From Catajapyx aquilonaris (Eukaryota): a DNA stretch of 20,000 bases. A model generated the notes under the pieces. It had not been told where the DNA came from. It saw only the letters and a list, made by a program, of their open reading frames with translations, and did no database searches. The stretch is taken from the NCBI GenBank assembly GCA_000934665.2, contig KZ538451.1, forward strand, positions 49,611 to 69,610. Direction: 5' to 3'. Positions 1 to 10,995 of the stretch are shown piece by piece. Both the position numbers and the translations under genes were made by a program. Each line of letters starts with the position of its first letter. The stretch's first letter is position 1.

Positions 1-228
1 GGGACAGGATAGATGAACATTCAGGGGTGCCACTTTTGCAAAAAATGCTATACATGCTAATGATGATATAATGATGCTTTTTGGTCAGTTCATTTTAAAT
101 TAAATCTACAGGGTGACCCTAAAGTCTGTACACATAGGTAATAGTACCTGGCGACCAAGAGTACAATACAATATTACCTAATGGAGAGACTGTTTAGCAA
201 AAATATGACGAGGTAATCTTTAAATACT

Positions 229-343
229 CATGGTGGAATTTTCGTCCCACTGATAGTTACTACTAACTTAGCAGTAGACCATTGCCAAACACTGGTACTG
301 CTAAGTTAGCAGTAACTATCAGTGAGACGAAAATTCCACCTTG
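229..343. mobile_element. Short palindromic MITE-like element
   Basis: Arms 232-276 and 296-340 are 45-bp inverted repeats with 2 mismatches around a 19-bp spacer. Ends are CATGGTGG...CCACCTTG, with TA on the right. Confidence 0.7.
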
Positions 344-1056
344 TATAACTATTTGCTATAATGTGGCAATAATGACATTTTCCATAAAGACCTGATAGGC
401 CGTTCGCTTCAATTATTTAACACGCATATCTGAGGTAACTAACACCCAATGGCAAATGATAGAGAACGTCTAATTCCACTAGTTTCCTTGAAAATAATTG
501 CATTTGGTCTAAGTGCATACTATAGGTACAGTACATGGTGTGGCAAAAATCAGGACATAAATTCTGGCCTAAACCCTTCATGTAAAAGCATATCAGACAG
601 GTTCGCGAACTCGCAGGTGGCAAAGCCAGATAACTGATCGTGCTTCTCATTAACATCTACATAGGAATAAAAATAGATCCGACAGGTTACTAAAGGTCAC
701 AGTAAAAATGTGCGATCACGTGCCGAAGACAAGGCTAAATTTTTCAACCATTTTTTTTTACCTTTGCTGCCAACCTGTCCGCTGCAAATGTAATTAATTA
801 TTAACGCAGGCCAGAGGGAATAGCCTGACTTGAATACCTATATGGAGGGAAAAGCAACGCATATATACACTCATGGGTGAACTGTGGACAGATGCTATCC
901 CGGGAGTGCCTTGAATTCGTGCATTCTAGTCATTAATCACACAGAATATGACAACAGTGCTGAAGCTTTTGGGTGCAATCAATAAGCTATATGCAGGACC
1001 CAAAATGTGTGTTTTTGAGTGTGTAAATATTTTTTGGACCATTTTTTTACTTACAG

Positions 1057-1268
1057 GCGATCTGGACGTGAGGAAGAGGCTATTCTTCTGCTTCGGAGAG
1101 TACTGCAGCTGGATCCGAACAATGTAGAGGCCATGCATAAACTTGGGGCGTGTTTCAACGCTGCCAACAAGACTGAAGAGGCTCAGGTTTTCTTTTTAGA
1201 GTTGGCTGAAACAAGTGATTCCAATCCGGCTGTACTCACCAGTTACGCCTTCTTTCTGGAAAAAATTG
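1057..1268 (+). CDS. TMTC1: TMTC1-like TPR protein, first coding exon visible in the window (earlier exons lie upstream)
   Basis: Acceptor TTTTTTTACTTACAG|G at 1056/1057 and donor ATTG|GTGAGC at 1268/1269. Translates (x)RSGREEEAILLLRRVLQLDPNNVEAMHKLGACFNAANKTEEAQVFFLELAETSDSNPAVLTSYAFFLEKI(G), which is TPR-like. Ends in phase 1, matching the exon at 8013. Gene identity is from recalled similarity to the TMTC1 C-terminal TPR array, not from a search. Confidence 0.88.
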
Positions 1269-3315
1269 GTGAGCGCACTTATTTCCTGACACTCCCACGT
1301 GAAGCAAGACATACTCGATTGACATCAATGTGACAGAAGAGTACCCCTTTGGGACTGAATAAAATACCACGGCAGTTTCTAGGTATTAACTATATATGAC
1401 ACTATGTCACTGAAAGAGGTAACACCAGATATGTCCAATAAATCAAGCTCACCAGCAATTGAACCCAAAAGAAAAGGTTACAATACCACATTATGCTCAA
1501 ACATGCATCAATAACTGGTGGATGAACTTACACAGGCTAACTACCACCAACTAACGCTAGACTCATGTAAATTAAATTCATTATCATCTCATGTTGCAGT
1601 AATTATTTAAGCTCACCTTTGGGTGAGCCAAAAAGTTAACAATTGGCACACTGGTAGGGCGGACATCTAATCCTACAATTTAGAACTTGGGATGACCCAC
1701 GTTCATTGGCCCAGGTTCATTGGTGTTACAAGAAAATATTCTAACCCACCTCTAGGCGGGCCAGAAAGGCACAAATAGGCACACTGAACTGAAACTAACC
1801 ACAAAAGCCCCAGAATATAATAAGTCTAATTTAGGGCTGCCTGAACCAAGCTTCTATAACCGCGAGAAGTGCTCGTATTACTTGATATTATAATCAGGAA
1901 GTCGAATATTAATAGGATCCAAATTTTATATTTATAAAAAATGCATTAAAATTTATGCATGTTTCTTATTCATGTAAAAATGCAATGCAATGGCATTACT
2001 TCAAGAGCCCAATCATAAACAACAGGGCATTTACAATACAGACTCATCTTCATATTTTTACAAAAATTGGCACATACTTATAGAGTTATAGCTAATAGCC
2101 CACAGCAGGTGGGAATATTTTCAAGCATAAAATGTCAATAGTCATAAAAATCAAATGACCAATTGTTACAGTATACATACATTAGGACGCGTTAGGAACA
2201 CAATTTCGAACAGATGCTGATAAAAGCAGTAGACCTATGCCAACTATTGTATACCGGTGCAAAGCGCCTACTTTTCAAGCGCAAAGAGCATTCAGTCAGT
2301 TAGGTTTCATTATTTTGTTAACATCATTTACATGCGTAGCTTTTGAAACCAAGTGGAAAGTGCAGCAATTCAGCTAGGAACAATCGTCAGGTTTTAATTG
2401 GTCCAGTTTACAGTCTATTGAGGGAGTTGAGGCAACTGAGCCCAATGGGGCATGGGAACAGGATGAGCTCATGAAAGGAAACGTCATTGCAGAAAAATAA
2501 TGCTTCTCGATCAGTAAGTCTTTAAAAATTATCTGTTTGAGAAGGATTGCACATCGAGTGACTGACTTATAATATGACAGGTCTCGGCAACCAGTTTACC
2601 AATTTTCACCTATCCGGCGCATTTACAAGGTGGTTAAATAATAATTACGCAAAATATATGGATACACATAGACGTCAGCTGAAATGTTACAGCAAGTGTT
2701 ACAGTCACGTCTGAGTTTCCTTCGGGATGGCTTCCCCCTGTATTCATCAGACCATTATTAGAAGGGCAGCCTTGCATGTTTACGTGCACATTGTACATTT
2801 AACACATGCTGAGCAGCATTAGAACTACTCCGATCCTATACTTTTTTTGTTTATACAAGTATTATTTACCTGTAAAGCACCGTGTGTTTCCAGCATACAG
2901 AAATCCGCCGTAATTCCCCATTTTCCTGCCAATTCTGACCTGGCCTGTTGATGGACCCTCCAGTGCTCCGGTTTTCTGAATCGCTTCCTACCATACAGAA
3001 AATGCAGAGTGAAATGAAGGAGATGGAAAGCAGATATGCACTACGTAGCCAGGCAGGGTTTCCCAGTCAAAACGCTCATTGAAGCAACCTTCCCCATTTG
3101 AAATCCTCTTACAGCACTATCCCAGATGATATACCCGGATCAAATGCATCGCACGTTGTGCGGAGAGTAATGAATTGAACTCATTTTTTTCATAAGACAG
3201 TAGCACCTGTTCTCAGGTGACGATAAACATTTTGTAACAATGATAACAGTACATGTTTCCCCTTGGGTTCACTGCTGATCTGTAATGCGTGTGTGGCCTT
3301 TCTAGTGGCCCATGA

Positions 3316-3385
3316 GCCTCTGTAGTTTAGTGGCAGAACACACACTCTTGGAGCGTGAATCTGGGTTCGATTCCCGGCAGAGGCA
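3316..3385 (+). pseudogene. tRNA-like cloverleaf (tRNA pseudogene or tRNA-derived mobile-element head)
   Basis: Acceptor GCCTCTG/CAGAGGC pairs 7/7 plus discriminator A; D-stem GTTT/GAAC; anticodon stem CACAC/GCGTG (1 mismatch) with loop TCTTGGA; T-arm CTGGG-TTCGATT-CCCGG. A box TAGTTTAGTGG and B box GGTTCGATTCC are present. It has C33 instead of U33, a 3-nt variable loop and no oligo-T terminator. Confidence 0.75.
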
Positions 3386-5534
3386 TATGGGTTCGGGCCA
3401 CCTGTTGCAACTTACATTGTTACGAGATATAACATATAAAATCAGTAGCAAGGAGCTCATGATAAATAACGCGCGTGTCATCCAAGTGTTGAAAGATATG
3501 ATACCAACAATAATTTATGCTACGTATACGGTGCGGTGCTACGAAATCCGGTCTTGAAACAGGAGAATAAAGTGTGGTGGGCATTTTCTGATAATACGCA
3601 ACTGTTTCAAAGGCAAATGTAACAGTAGAGAATGCTTAGATTAATTGTTTTTCTGCACTTCAATCACATTTACACAGGATGCTGCAGTAATGTTTGCTTT
3701 CCACAGTATTTTCTATGAACTGCCCTGAATCGATAATTTCCTCAAGATTTTTTACGATGTGGCCTCAGAAGCGTTTAGTTTTTCAAGTGACTAATTTTAG
3801 CAGTCGTACTTCCAATATTAATGTTTTAAAAACTCTCTCGCTTTATCCTCCCCTCATATGTAGTCTGTTGATTTACTAAAAATAAATACTAATTACAAAA
3901 TAATTTTCCTACCTAGTTCGCAAGAGGGACATTTTTTTTCTTCACACACTTATGTATACTGCTTATTTTACCAATTCAACACTATCATTACTTTCGTATC
4001 GACTACCAAGTCGGCTATCTATCATATGAATAGGAAACATTTTTAGCGGGTTGGCATTCATGTGGATAATTCCGGGGTTGGTGTTATTGGAACTTTATTA
4101 TGGACAGGTAATAAATTACCTAGCCACCTGTTGTTTGTCAGTGACATATTGACCTGGGGCCATATAGGCCTACTAAATTGCGCAGTTTTTTCTGACAGTA
4201 ACCTATTTGGACCTATATGCAGCAGCGTATAAGTTGTGCAGTAGTGCGATGTAATACTGCATAACTTTATGATATCCGATACATGCAACAGAACTACAGG
4301 ATCAAGAACGATCAAGTCAGTTTACCATGCGTCGCATTGTTCCTCAATACTAATTACATTAGCGTGCCCATGCGGTATATATTACGCACGTGAAAATAAT
4401 GGTGGGTTGGAACCAGTTGGAACTCCTTAATATTCGCAGTAAAACCGCTGAATTTTGGGATCACCCTATATAGAGCATAATATGCAAATATTTGCTCTCG
4501 GGCCCACCCTCTAGTCCGATGGCCTCGCCCCCAGTGTAACACGAGCTTTTTAACACTTTACGCACTAGAACGCAACATACATAATGTTGAACCCAAACGA
4601 ACAGCCTAGAATAATAATCAAACCGAAAAGAGTAGCCTATAAACAGGAACGCGGCATTTAATTCATTCAAGCCCGAAGGAGAACAATCATTATATTTGAG
4701 GTTTCCCTGGTGAAATTCTCTGCCTCATGATGATCCAAATTTTTATGCAAAGTAGAATTTTCGCCTATTAGCAAACATGTTCAATAGCAAAATGTAGCAC
4801 ATCTACAATACAATATATGTGAAGGGATCGGGAGAAAACATTGAGTACATTTACAGGCCTAATTTAATAATATGCAAATAGTCCTAATGCGGAATATATT
4901 CTGAAAATATATGCGAGTAAATGCGATAGTTTGCTTATACAGGCCATTCGGCAGTCTCACCCCCTGAAGGTTTTGCCTGAAACCGAAATTGATTGATTGC
5001 CGTCCAGGTTAGAGGGTGGTTTGGAAAAACAATTTCCTGGTGGATATGGGAACCGAATTGGAAATGCCGTTCCATCCCTTTCGGAACTGTGCCGCCCAAC
5101 TTAAATTTTTATGAGGAACTAAAAAAAAGGGCAGGCAAGGTACGGGTGATGGGTGGGGAGGCTTGCAATGATGGGCACTTTGGAGGAAATTTATTGCGTT
5201 GAGATTATCGCATTTACATGTGATGATTTTTTGAAAGGGCCCCACAAAAATTCCGGGGTTAGCATTTTTACAGATCGGGGTTTCAAAAGGTTCTAAGTGC
5301 CAGAAATTGCAATGTCGAAGGTTTTACTGCGCGTAAGGGGACTTTAAACGTCCCTTTAACATGCCAAAATCTCCTGGTATTTATAGTCCTCGTGTAGCAA
5401 CAGACGTGATGATGACATTTGACCAGAAAATGTGCAAAAATATTTTTTGTGATGCAATACTCCTGTCATATTAGTTCACATTAGTTAAATTTTTACAAAT
5501 CATAGAAACTATTTAATCCGTTTTTCTCTTCTTG

Positions 5535-5759
5535 TCAAGAGCTCTTGATATTACCAATAATGTATAAAAGCAAATAATAATTATTTGCGCTAGAATAATG
5601 TTTAGTTCTCTTTTTTTTGCACAATTTGCAAAAAAAGAGAACTAAACATTATGCTGGTCAATTAGTCTAGTCTATTCTAGTCAATATATTAGTCTAGTCA
5701 AAAAGGTTTGTGCCTAGAGTATTTAATACGGTACTCTAGGCACAAACTTTTTTTGACTA
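5535..5759. repeat. Cluster of four adjacent palindromes/hairpins
   Basis: TCAAGAGCTCTTGA at 5535-5548; GCAAATAAT-A-ATTATTTGC at 5570-5588; ~27-bp arms at 5595-5621/5627-5652; ~27-bp arms at 5695-5721/5732-5759. Confidence 0.8.
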
Positions 5760-6332
5760 TATCGACTTATACTTTTAAACCCAATTTTAATGGCTATAGT
5801 AATACATCTGACGTTTTCTAACATACTAGTACAGTGTAATACATCATGCATAACCCACATCACAACTGCACTTTTGAAACCTGTGATGCAGTGCAACTCT
5901 AAAATTAGCATAAAAACTGTAGGTACCGGTACTGGTCTTTAAGAAATCAATGGGCGAATTTTGTTTGCAAAATTGTGCAAAGTTTCGACAATTTACATGT
6001 TTGCCATCTGCCTTTTACGCGCCTGGCAAGAAATCGACTTCCCCCTCTTATTTCCTCATTAGGGATACTTTACATGGCTGAGAGCATGCAACTTTGGTTC
6101 TCTTCATACTTGGTGGTCAAAAATATGGCAAGAAATTTTGCAGAAATTTACATGCATTTACCTCCTAACGAGGGGTTAAATCCATGTAAATTTCTGAAGT
6201 TCCCAAGTTTTGAGCCAATTGCTCTTCACGGCAATCCATTCGATAATGTTATTAGAAAAATGAAGAGGAAATAAGAACCACTCTCTTACAAACTAAAGAA
6301 TGTAATAATTTTAGTGCAACACGTATTTCTTG

Positions 6333-6927
6333 AACTCACAAGGGAAGGTCACAGGGTGATAACGACGGATCTTGATGAAATTTAACATGCTTATACAGGA
6401 CAATATATGATACCCAAAAATGAAATATTTCGTGCGGAGGCCCATATTTGCAAAAGTTATGACGTCTTAAAATTTAAAAAAAAACCATTTTCATTGAGTT
6501 CATAATGGGATTAGATTAGCGACCACATATAAGACCACATTGAAGTGTGTAATCAGTTTTTGCACTTTGTCTCATCGGAAAAAAGTCCTACATAACGGCT
6601 CTGTATCTCTTACGGTTTAGGCCTTCATACCTGTCCACAGACGGACGGACGGACAGAGCCGTTCTGTGGGACTTTTTTTCCGATGAGACAAAGTGTAGAA
6701 GCTGATTACACACTTCAATGTGGTCTTATATGTGGTCGCTGATCTAATCCCATTATGAACTCAATGAAAATGGTTTTGTTTTTTAAACTTTAAAACGTCA
6801 TAACCTTTGCAAATATGGGCCTCCGCACGAAATATTTCATTTTTGGGTATCATATATTGCCCTGTATTAGCATGTTAAATTTCATCAAGATCTGTCATTA
6901 TCACTCCGTGACCTTTTTGGTGTAGTT
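6333..6927. mobile_element. Fold-back element with ~260-bp inverted arms and a (GACG)n spacer; DINE-1/HINE (Helentron-associated)-like
   Basis: Arms 6345-6604 and 6653-6915 are reverse complements (about 93% by hand count), with weaker similarity out to ~6333/6927. The spacer contains ACAGACGGACGGACGG. No TSD found. Family assignment is inference. Confidence 0.75.
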
Positions 6928-7347
6928 GAATGTGGCCAGCACCATACCGAATATATAAGTTTTTATGATAAAATTAAGGTATACCCTGAGATGCAAAATT
7001 ATGAGTTTGTAATCCAAAACAAAATATTGATCACAAATTTATGACAATTTTATACAGCTTTCACGCAAGGTATAAGATTTCATTTTGCAAACGGCTCCTT
7101 CACAATAAATAATGACATTGAAGCACTGCAATAAGTAGTCTTTACTAATTTTGTAGGAAGATCCTTACAGTTGCAGTCCCAACATTTGGGCCCATCTTGT
7201 CGCAATAAGTATCACTTAAATATTCAGTGTGGCGGACACCGGTAAAAATTGCATCACCGTCTAGTTCGTGATGGACTCTAGTCACGAGAAAGGAGATACT
7301 GCCCTCTCAGGGGGTGGGAGGCATTGGGGGGGGGGGAGGTGTAGTCC

Positions 7348-7454
7348 NNNNNNNNNNNNNNNNNNNNNNNNNNNNNNNNNNNNNNNNNNNNNNNNNNNNN
7401 NNNNNNNNNNNNNNNNNNNNNNNNNNNNNNNNNNNNNNNNNNNNNNNNNNNNNN
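7348..7454. other. Assembly gap (107 N) flanked by poly-G tracts
   Basis: Run of N with G-runs on both sides. Confidence 0.99.
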
Positions 7455-8012
7455 GAGGTCGGGATGGGGGGGGGGGGGAAAGGGGGCAAGTGATATATTT
7501 CCGTTCATGAAAATGGGGCCGCATTTTACCTATTCACGAGGAACGGTGCAAGACATGCAAAGGGAGAGGGGAAGGCCTTTGTCCTCTATGGACAAGTTCA
7601 AATAGAGTCTCAGCTCGATGGGTGAGACGGGGGTTAAATAACCACATCAACTTACCATAAATAGCGCGATAGCTTAAGTCAACAATGAATCAATTATTTG
7701 TGGGTCACGGGGTAGTGAACTTGTTTCCATAACGTTGGCGAACTCAATTGGCCAGATCTAAATTAATATCATGAACTACAAATATCTGGTGGTGATATAT
7801 CATGGGCTCAATATACGTGATGCTAACGATGATATGTATGTACTGTCACCCATAGTGCATTTGCGTCAAAATGACACCCAACATTCTGTGACTGTGTATA
7901 CCGTAATACCGTAATACCCCGCATATTACGTCACTTCTTGGTCAGGATTGTCCATCATATTGCTTTGACTCATAATTGATTATGTTTTCACTAATAACTG
8001 GTTTCTTCTCAG

Positions 8013-8151
8013 GTCGCCTTGAAGAAGCGTTACACCAGTACCAAGTGGCCCTCCAGGATGAGGAAGCCTGTACTACGGACGCATTGTTGCGAGCAGCTAG
8101 TTTGGCAAAAAAGTTTCATCTCTACTCCAGGGCTGAGCAATGGCTCAAAAA
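8013..8151 (+). CDS. TMTC1: TMTC1-like TPR protein, internal exon
   Basis: Acceptor GTTTCTTCTCAG|GT completes Gly (phase 1). Translates RLEEALHQYQVALQDEEACTTDALLRAASLAKKFHLYSRAEQWLK(K). Donor AA|GTACTA (weak, phase 2) matches the next exon. Confidence 0.87.
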
Positions 8152-8355
8152 GTACTAACTTATACATTTTGTAATCATTTAGCAAATTTCCTTTTAGTTT
8201 CACATTTTTCATTACTCATCCTCTTCTTTCGTAATGTACGTAAGTCGTACTGTATAAGAGTGTTTCCCTTTTATGACTATGAAAAATCAGTATATTTCAT
8301 TGTCTGCATGTGAGGCTTTTATTTATGAATGCTAATTATATCAGGTGTTTCACTA

Positions 8356-8596
8356 CACTGTAAACCGCAAAACATTAAAAGAGCATCACTGGTGGATCTC
8401 TCATGAAACATCAATTTTAATGCTCTTCTAATGCTCTTGTGACGCTCCTGTGATGCTTTTTGTTGCTAAAAAGCATCACAGGGACATCACAGGGACATCA
8501 CAGGGACATCACAGGGACATCACAGGGGCATTAAAAATTGATGTTCCATGAGAGACTCACCAGTGATGCTCTTTTAATGTTTTGCGGTTTACAGTG
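8356..8596. mobile_element. CACTG...CAGTG MITE (CACTA/CMC-like termini) with 11-bp internal repeats, flanked by TA
   Basis: Perfect ~39-bp TIR CACTGTAAACCGCAAAACATTAAAAGAGCATCACTGGTG, and almost the whole element is palindromic. TA at 8354-8355 and 8597-8598. Confidence 0.88.
8474..8528 (+). repeat. Five tandem copies of the 11-mer CATCACAGGGA
   Basis: Read directly. Degenerate reverse-complement copies (TGATGCTCTTG-like) occur in the left arm at ~8418-8460. Confidence 0.95.
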
Positions 8597-9372
8597 TAGG
8601 TAGTCCCCCCAAAGAACCAGCTGTATTTTTCTACCCATTCATCCTTGTGACATCTTGTGACAAACGTCGCGTCGTAGTGACCTTTTCGGTGATGCCAGCA
8701 GGCTCTACTTCATTTCTTCGATTTTTTATTCCGATAAAGGAGGCCATCTACCATTGCATTGGTCCAAAACACTCAGTGCAACAGTTTGGATTGTTAATGT
8801 CGATATGCTGGGGAGGATCTTCACTAATAAGGAAATTCGCGTAGCGTCGCGTTCGAGTGTGTGTAGAGGTCTCTGGAGGTCAATTACAGCATTTATTGTG
8901 AATGGTGCTGGATTCTCGTGAACTGAGGTACATTTTAAACCAAACCTCATGTTTCTAGGTTGAGTGGGAAGAAAACGACATCTGGTTCTTTGGGGGGACT
9001 ACCTATAGTGAAACACCCTGTATATTATAGAGCTAGTTTTTCATCCTAGACCACAATTTTTCAATTCCGTCTTCAGCACTGAAAAACTGTCTTATCTACG
9101 AGTATTAAAAAATTATGAGAGAAAGAAAGATTCTGAAAAACTACCTCACAAAAACAAAGTCACAAAATAATTATATTTTCATATCATCATATTTTTAATG
9201 TCACTGAAAAGATCATTGCATTATTGCTTATGTGACAAGAGAATTACCAACAATGGCACTGTTAGAGAATAACTTATAATAATATTCTTTTCCCTCCGTA
9301 TGACCTCCAGTATGACTTCATACTGTTGGGCTTGGAGATTAAATTGAAGTTTTACGCACTTTCTTATCAAGC

Positions 9373-9444
<72 letters not shown>

Positions 9445-9463
9445 AACTCATCATCATCATCAT
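9373..9463. repeat. (GTA)24 microsatellite followed by a short (CAT)n
   Basis: GTA repeats at 9373-9444 and TCA/CAT repeats at ~9448-9463. Confidence 0.97.
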
Positions 9464-9652
9464 TATGGTACTGATTTGACCCTTGTGGAGTACATCGCAC
9501 AGTCCTTTATTATTTCTTGTTACATTTTGGTACAGTACCTTTTACTAACGCCCACAGTTCGGCATGTGGCTTAGGGGTTATCATCACTTCCCCTCCCACA
9601 TAACCCTTTAAATGGAGTGTTTATGCATTAATTGATGACCTTTAACCCTCAG

Positions 9653-9800
9653 GGCACTGGAGCTTCACCCAGACGAAGAGGTAATGTTTAATTTGGCAAC
9701 GCTGTACATAAAAGCCGGCAAACTTCCGGAAGCAAAAGAGACTCTGGAGAAACTGCTGAGACTCGGGTCCTCCCAACAGGACAAATACCAATTACATTAC
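9653..9800 (+). CDS. TMTC1: TMTC1-like TPR protein, internal exon (absent from the ORF track)
   Basis: Acceptor TTTAACCCTCAG|G (phase 2 in). Translates ALELHPDEEVMFNLATLYIKAGKLPEAKETLEKLLRLGSSQQDKYQLHY. Strong donor TAC|GTAAGT (phase 0). Confidence 0.9.
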
Positions 9801-10572
9801 GTAAGTGGAAGCAGGTTACATCCCTTAGGAATCACATGATCCGATGGGTTGTGACTATCCGATGGTTTATGCAGAACACGCAGTATAGTCTGCGAACGTA
9901 CAAAGAAAAATTCACGAATGAAGTTACAATATGCTGTCATTTCTTAGACACTACAGTGCACGCACTATTAGCATATACGTGCTATATTCATCAATACTGT
10001 AGGCTACACTAATACCCTATGTCCCAGAAGTAACTCGTTTTGGTAAGAGACTGGACAGTTGTAATGGTTCAAAAAATATTAGATGCCTACTAGGTCCTAC
10101 ACAGAGTATGTGCCAAATATTATAACTTAAGTGTACCTGTATGTTTCAATAATTGGTTCACACTATCTTGCTTTAAACACTTCCTTTCTAACATTTTGCC
10201 TGTAGGGACTTCCAATGATATCAGATTCTAATATTGGGCTATGTTGAAATATTCACTGAGAGGCCATGAATATCCAAACTTAAGATATTGCAAATGACTT
10301 ATTAGCACCAAGCTTCATTGGACATGTGATTCAATTTTTGTCAACCTCGGCACTCCCACAATTCCATTAAAAGGAATGCGTCCACTCAATGTAATATTAA
10401 CAGCTAACATTTCTAATAAACAGCTCCTAGAAGTACCGTATGTGTTTGAAAAAACACCCTGATTTAAATATTGCTAACTGAACATCACGCTTTCTCCAGC
10501 ATATGAATAATTGGTATAACTTTATAACAGCAGAGTGATAGTCAATGAAATTGATAATGAACTCCACTGCAG

Positions 10573-10845
10573 GCGGAAGTCCTTCTTCAGCTGCAGTCAT
10601 GGACGGATGCTGAAGAGGTCCTGCAGGATGTTCTGTCATGGCGCCCACAGCATCCAGGTGCCCTGCAAATGCTTGCCCAGCTTCACCTGCAGGCCAACCG
10701 CACTGGGGAGGCGCTGCAGGCTGTTCTAGCAGCCTTGGCCAATTGTACTTCCACATCTGATCTACCCTCGAAGCTCTGTGCTCACTTGCATGCACAGCAT
10801 GGGACCATATCAAGGCAGCTGGGGAACCTGGAACAGGCCAAGGAG
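10573..10845 (+). CDS. TMTC1: TMTC1-like TPR protein, internal exon
   Basis: Acceptor CTCCACTGCAG|GCG and donor GAG|GTGTGT, 91 codons, phase 0/0. Translates AEVLLQLQSWTDAEEVLQDVLSWRPQHPGALQMLAQLHLQANRTGEALQAVLAALANCTSTSDLPSKLCAHLHAQHGTISRQLGNLEQAKE. Confidence 0.87.
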
Positions 10846-10917
10846 GTGTGTAGTTAGGATGCAATACATACTGTATACATCACTATTGCATTATTGAGTG
10901 ATTTACCCTTTTTATAG

Positions 10918-10995
10918 AGCTACAAGCTGGCCTTGGCAATCGTTCCTGAACTGATGCATGCTCAGCTGAATCTTGGTGCCATTTATCACTTGATG
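10918..10995 (+). CDS. TMTC1: TMTC1-like TPR protein, penultimate exon
   Basis: Follows a 72-nt intron. Acceptor CCCTTTTTATAG|AGC and donor ATG|GTAAGT. Translates SYKLALAIVPELMHAQLNLGAIYHLM; the NLGAIxH motif is typical of the last TPRs of TMTC proteins. Confidence 0.9.

Larger units (their letters stand above)
8342..9020. mobile_element. Tc1/mariner-type non-autonomous element (MITE) with left TIR interrupted by a nested MITE
   Basis: Right end reverse-complemented reads TA|CAGGGTGTTTCACTATAGGTAGTCCCCCCAAAGAACCAG. Left end reads CAGGTGTTTCACTA[insert]TAGGTAGTCCCCCCAAAGAACCAG. TA at 9021-9022. Confidence 0.8.

Noticed and set aside
107..4472. TACAGGGTGACCC (~107) and GATCACCCTATA (~4460-4470) as TIRs of one element capturing the first exon
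   Set aside because: The similarity is limited to the generic Tc1/mariner terminal motif and fades within about 20 bp, so these are more likely two unrelated solo ends.
7268..7524. Gly/Pro-rich ORFs and a possible G-quadruplex across the gap
   Set aside because: The ORFs are open only because of the N run, and the poly-G lengths next to a gap are unreliable.
8474..8528. Short direct repeats as iterons or a mini-CRISPR
   Set aside because: They are contiguous 11-mers without spacers inside a MITE.
9221..9463. Poly-Leu ORF resembling a signal peptide
   Set aside because: It is a translation of the (GTA)n and (CAT)n microsatellites.
10427..10864. 145-aa minus-strand ORF
   Set aside because: It is the antisense shadow of the GC-rich exon 10573-10845.
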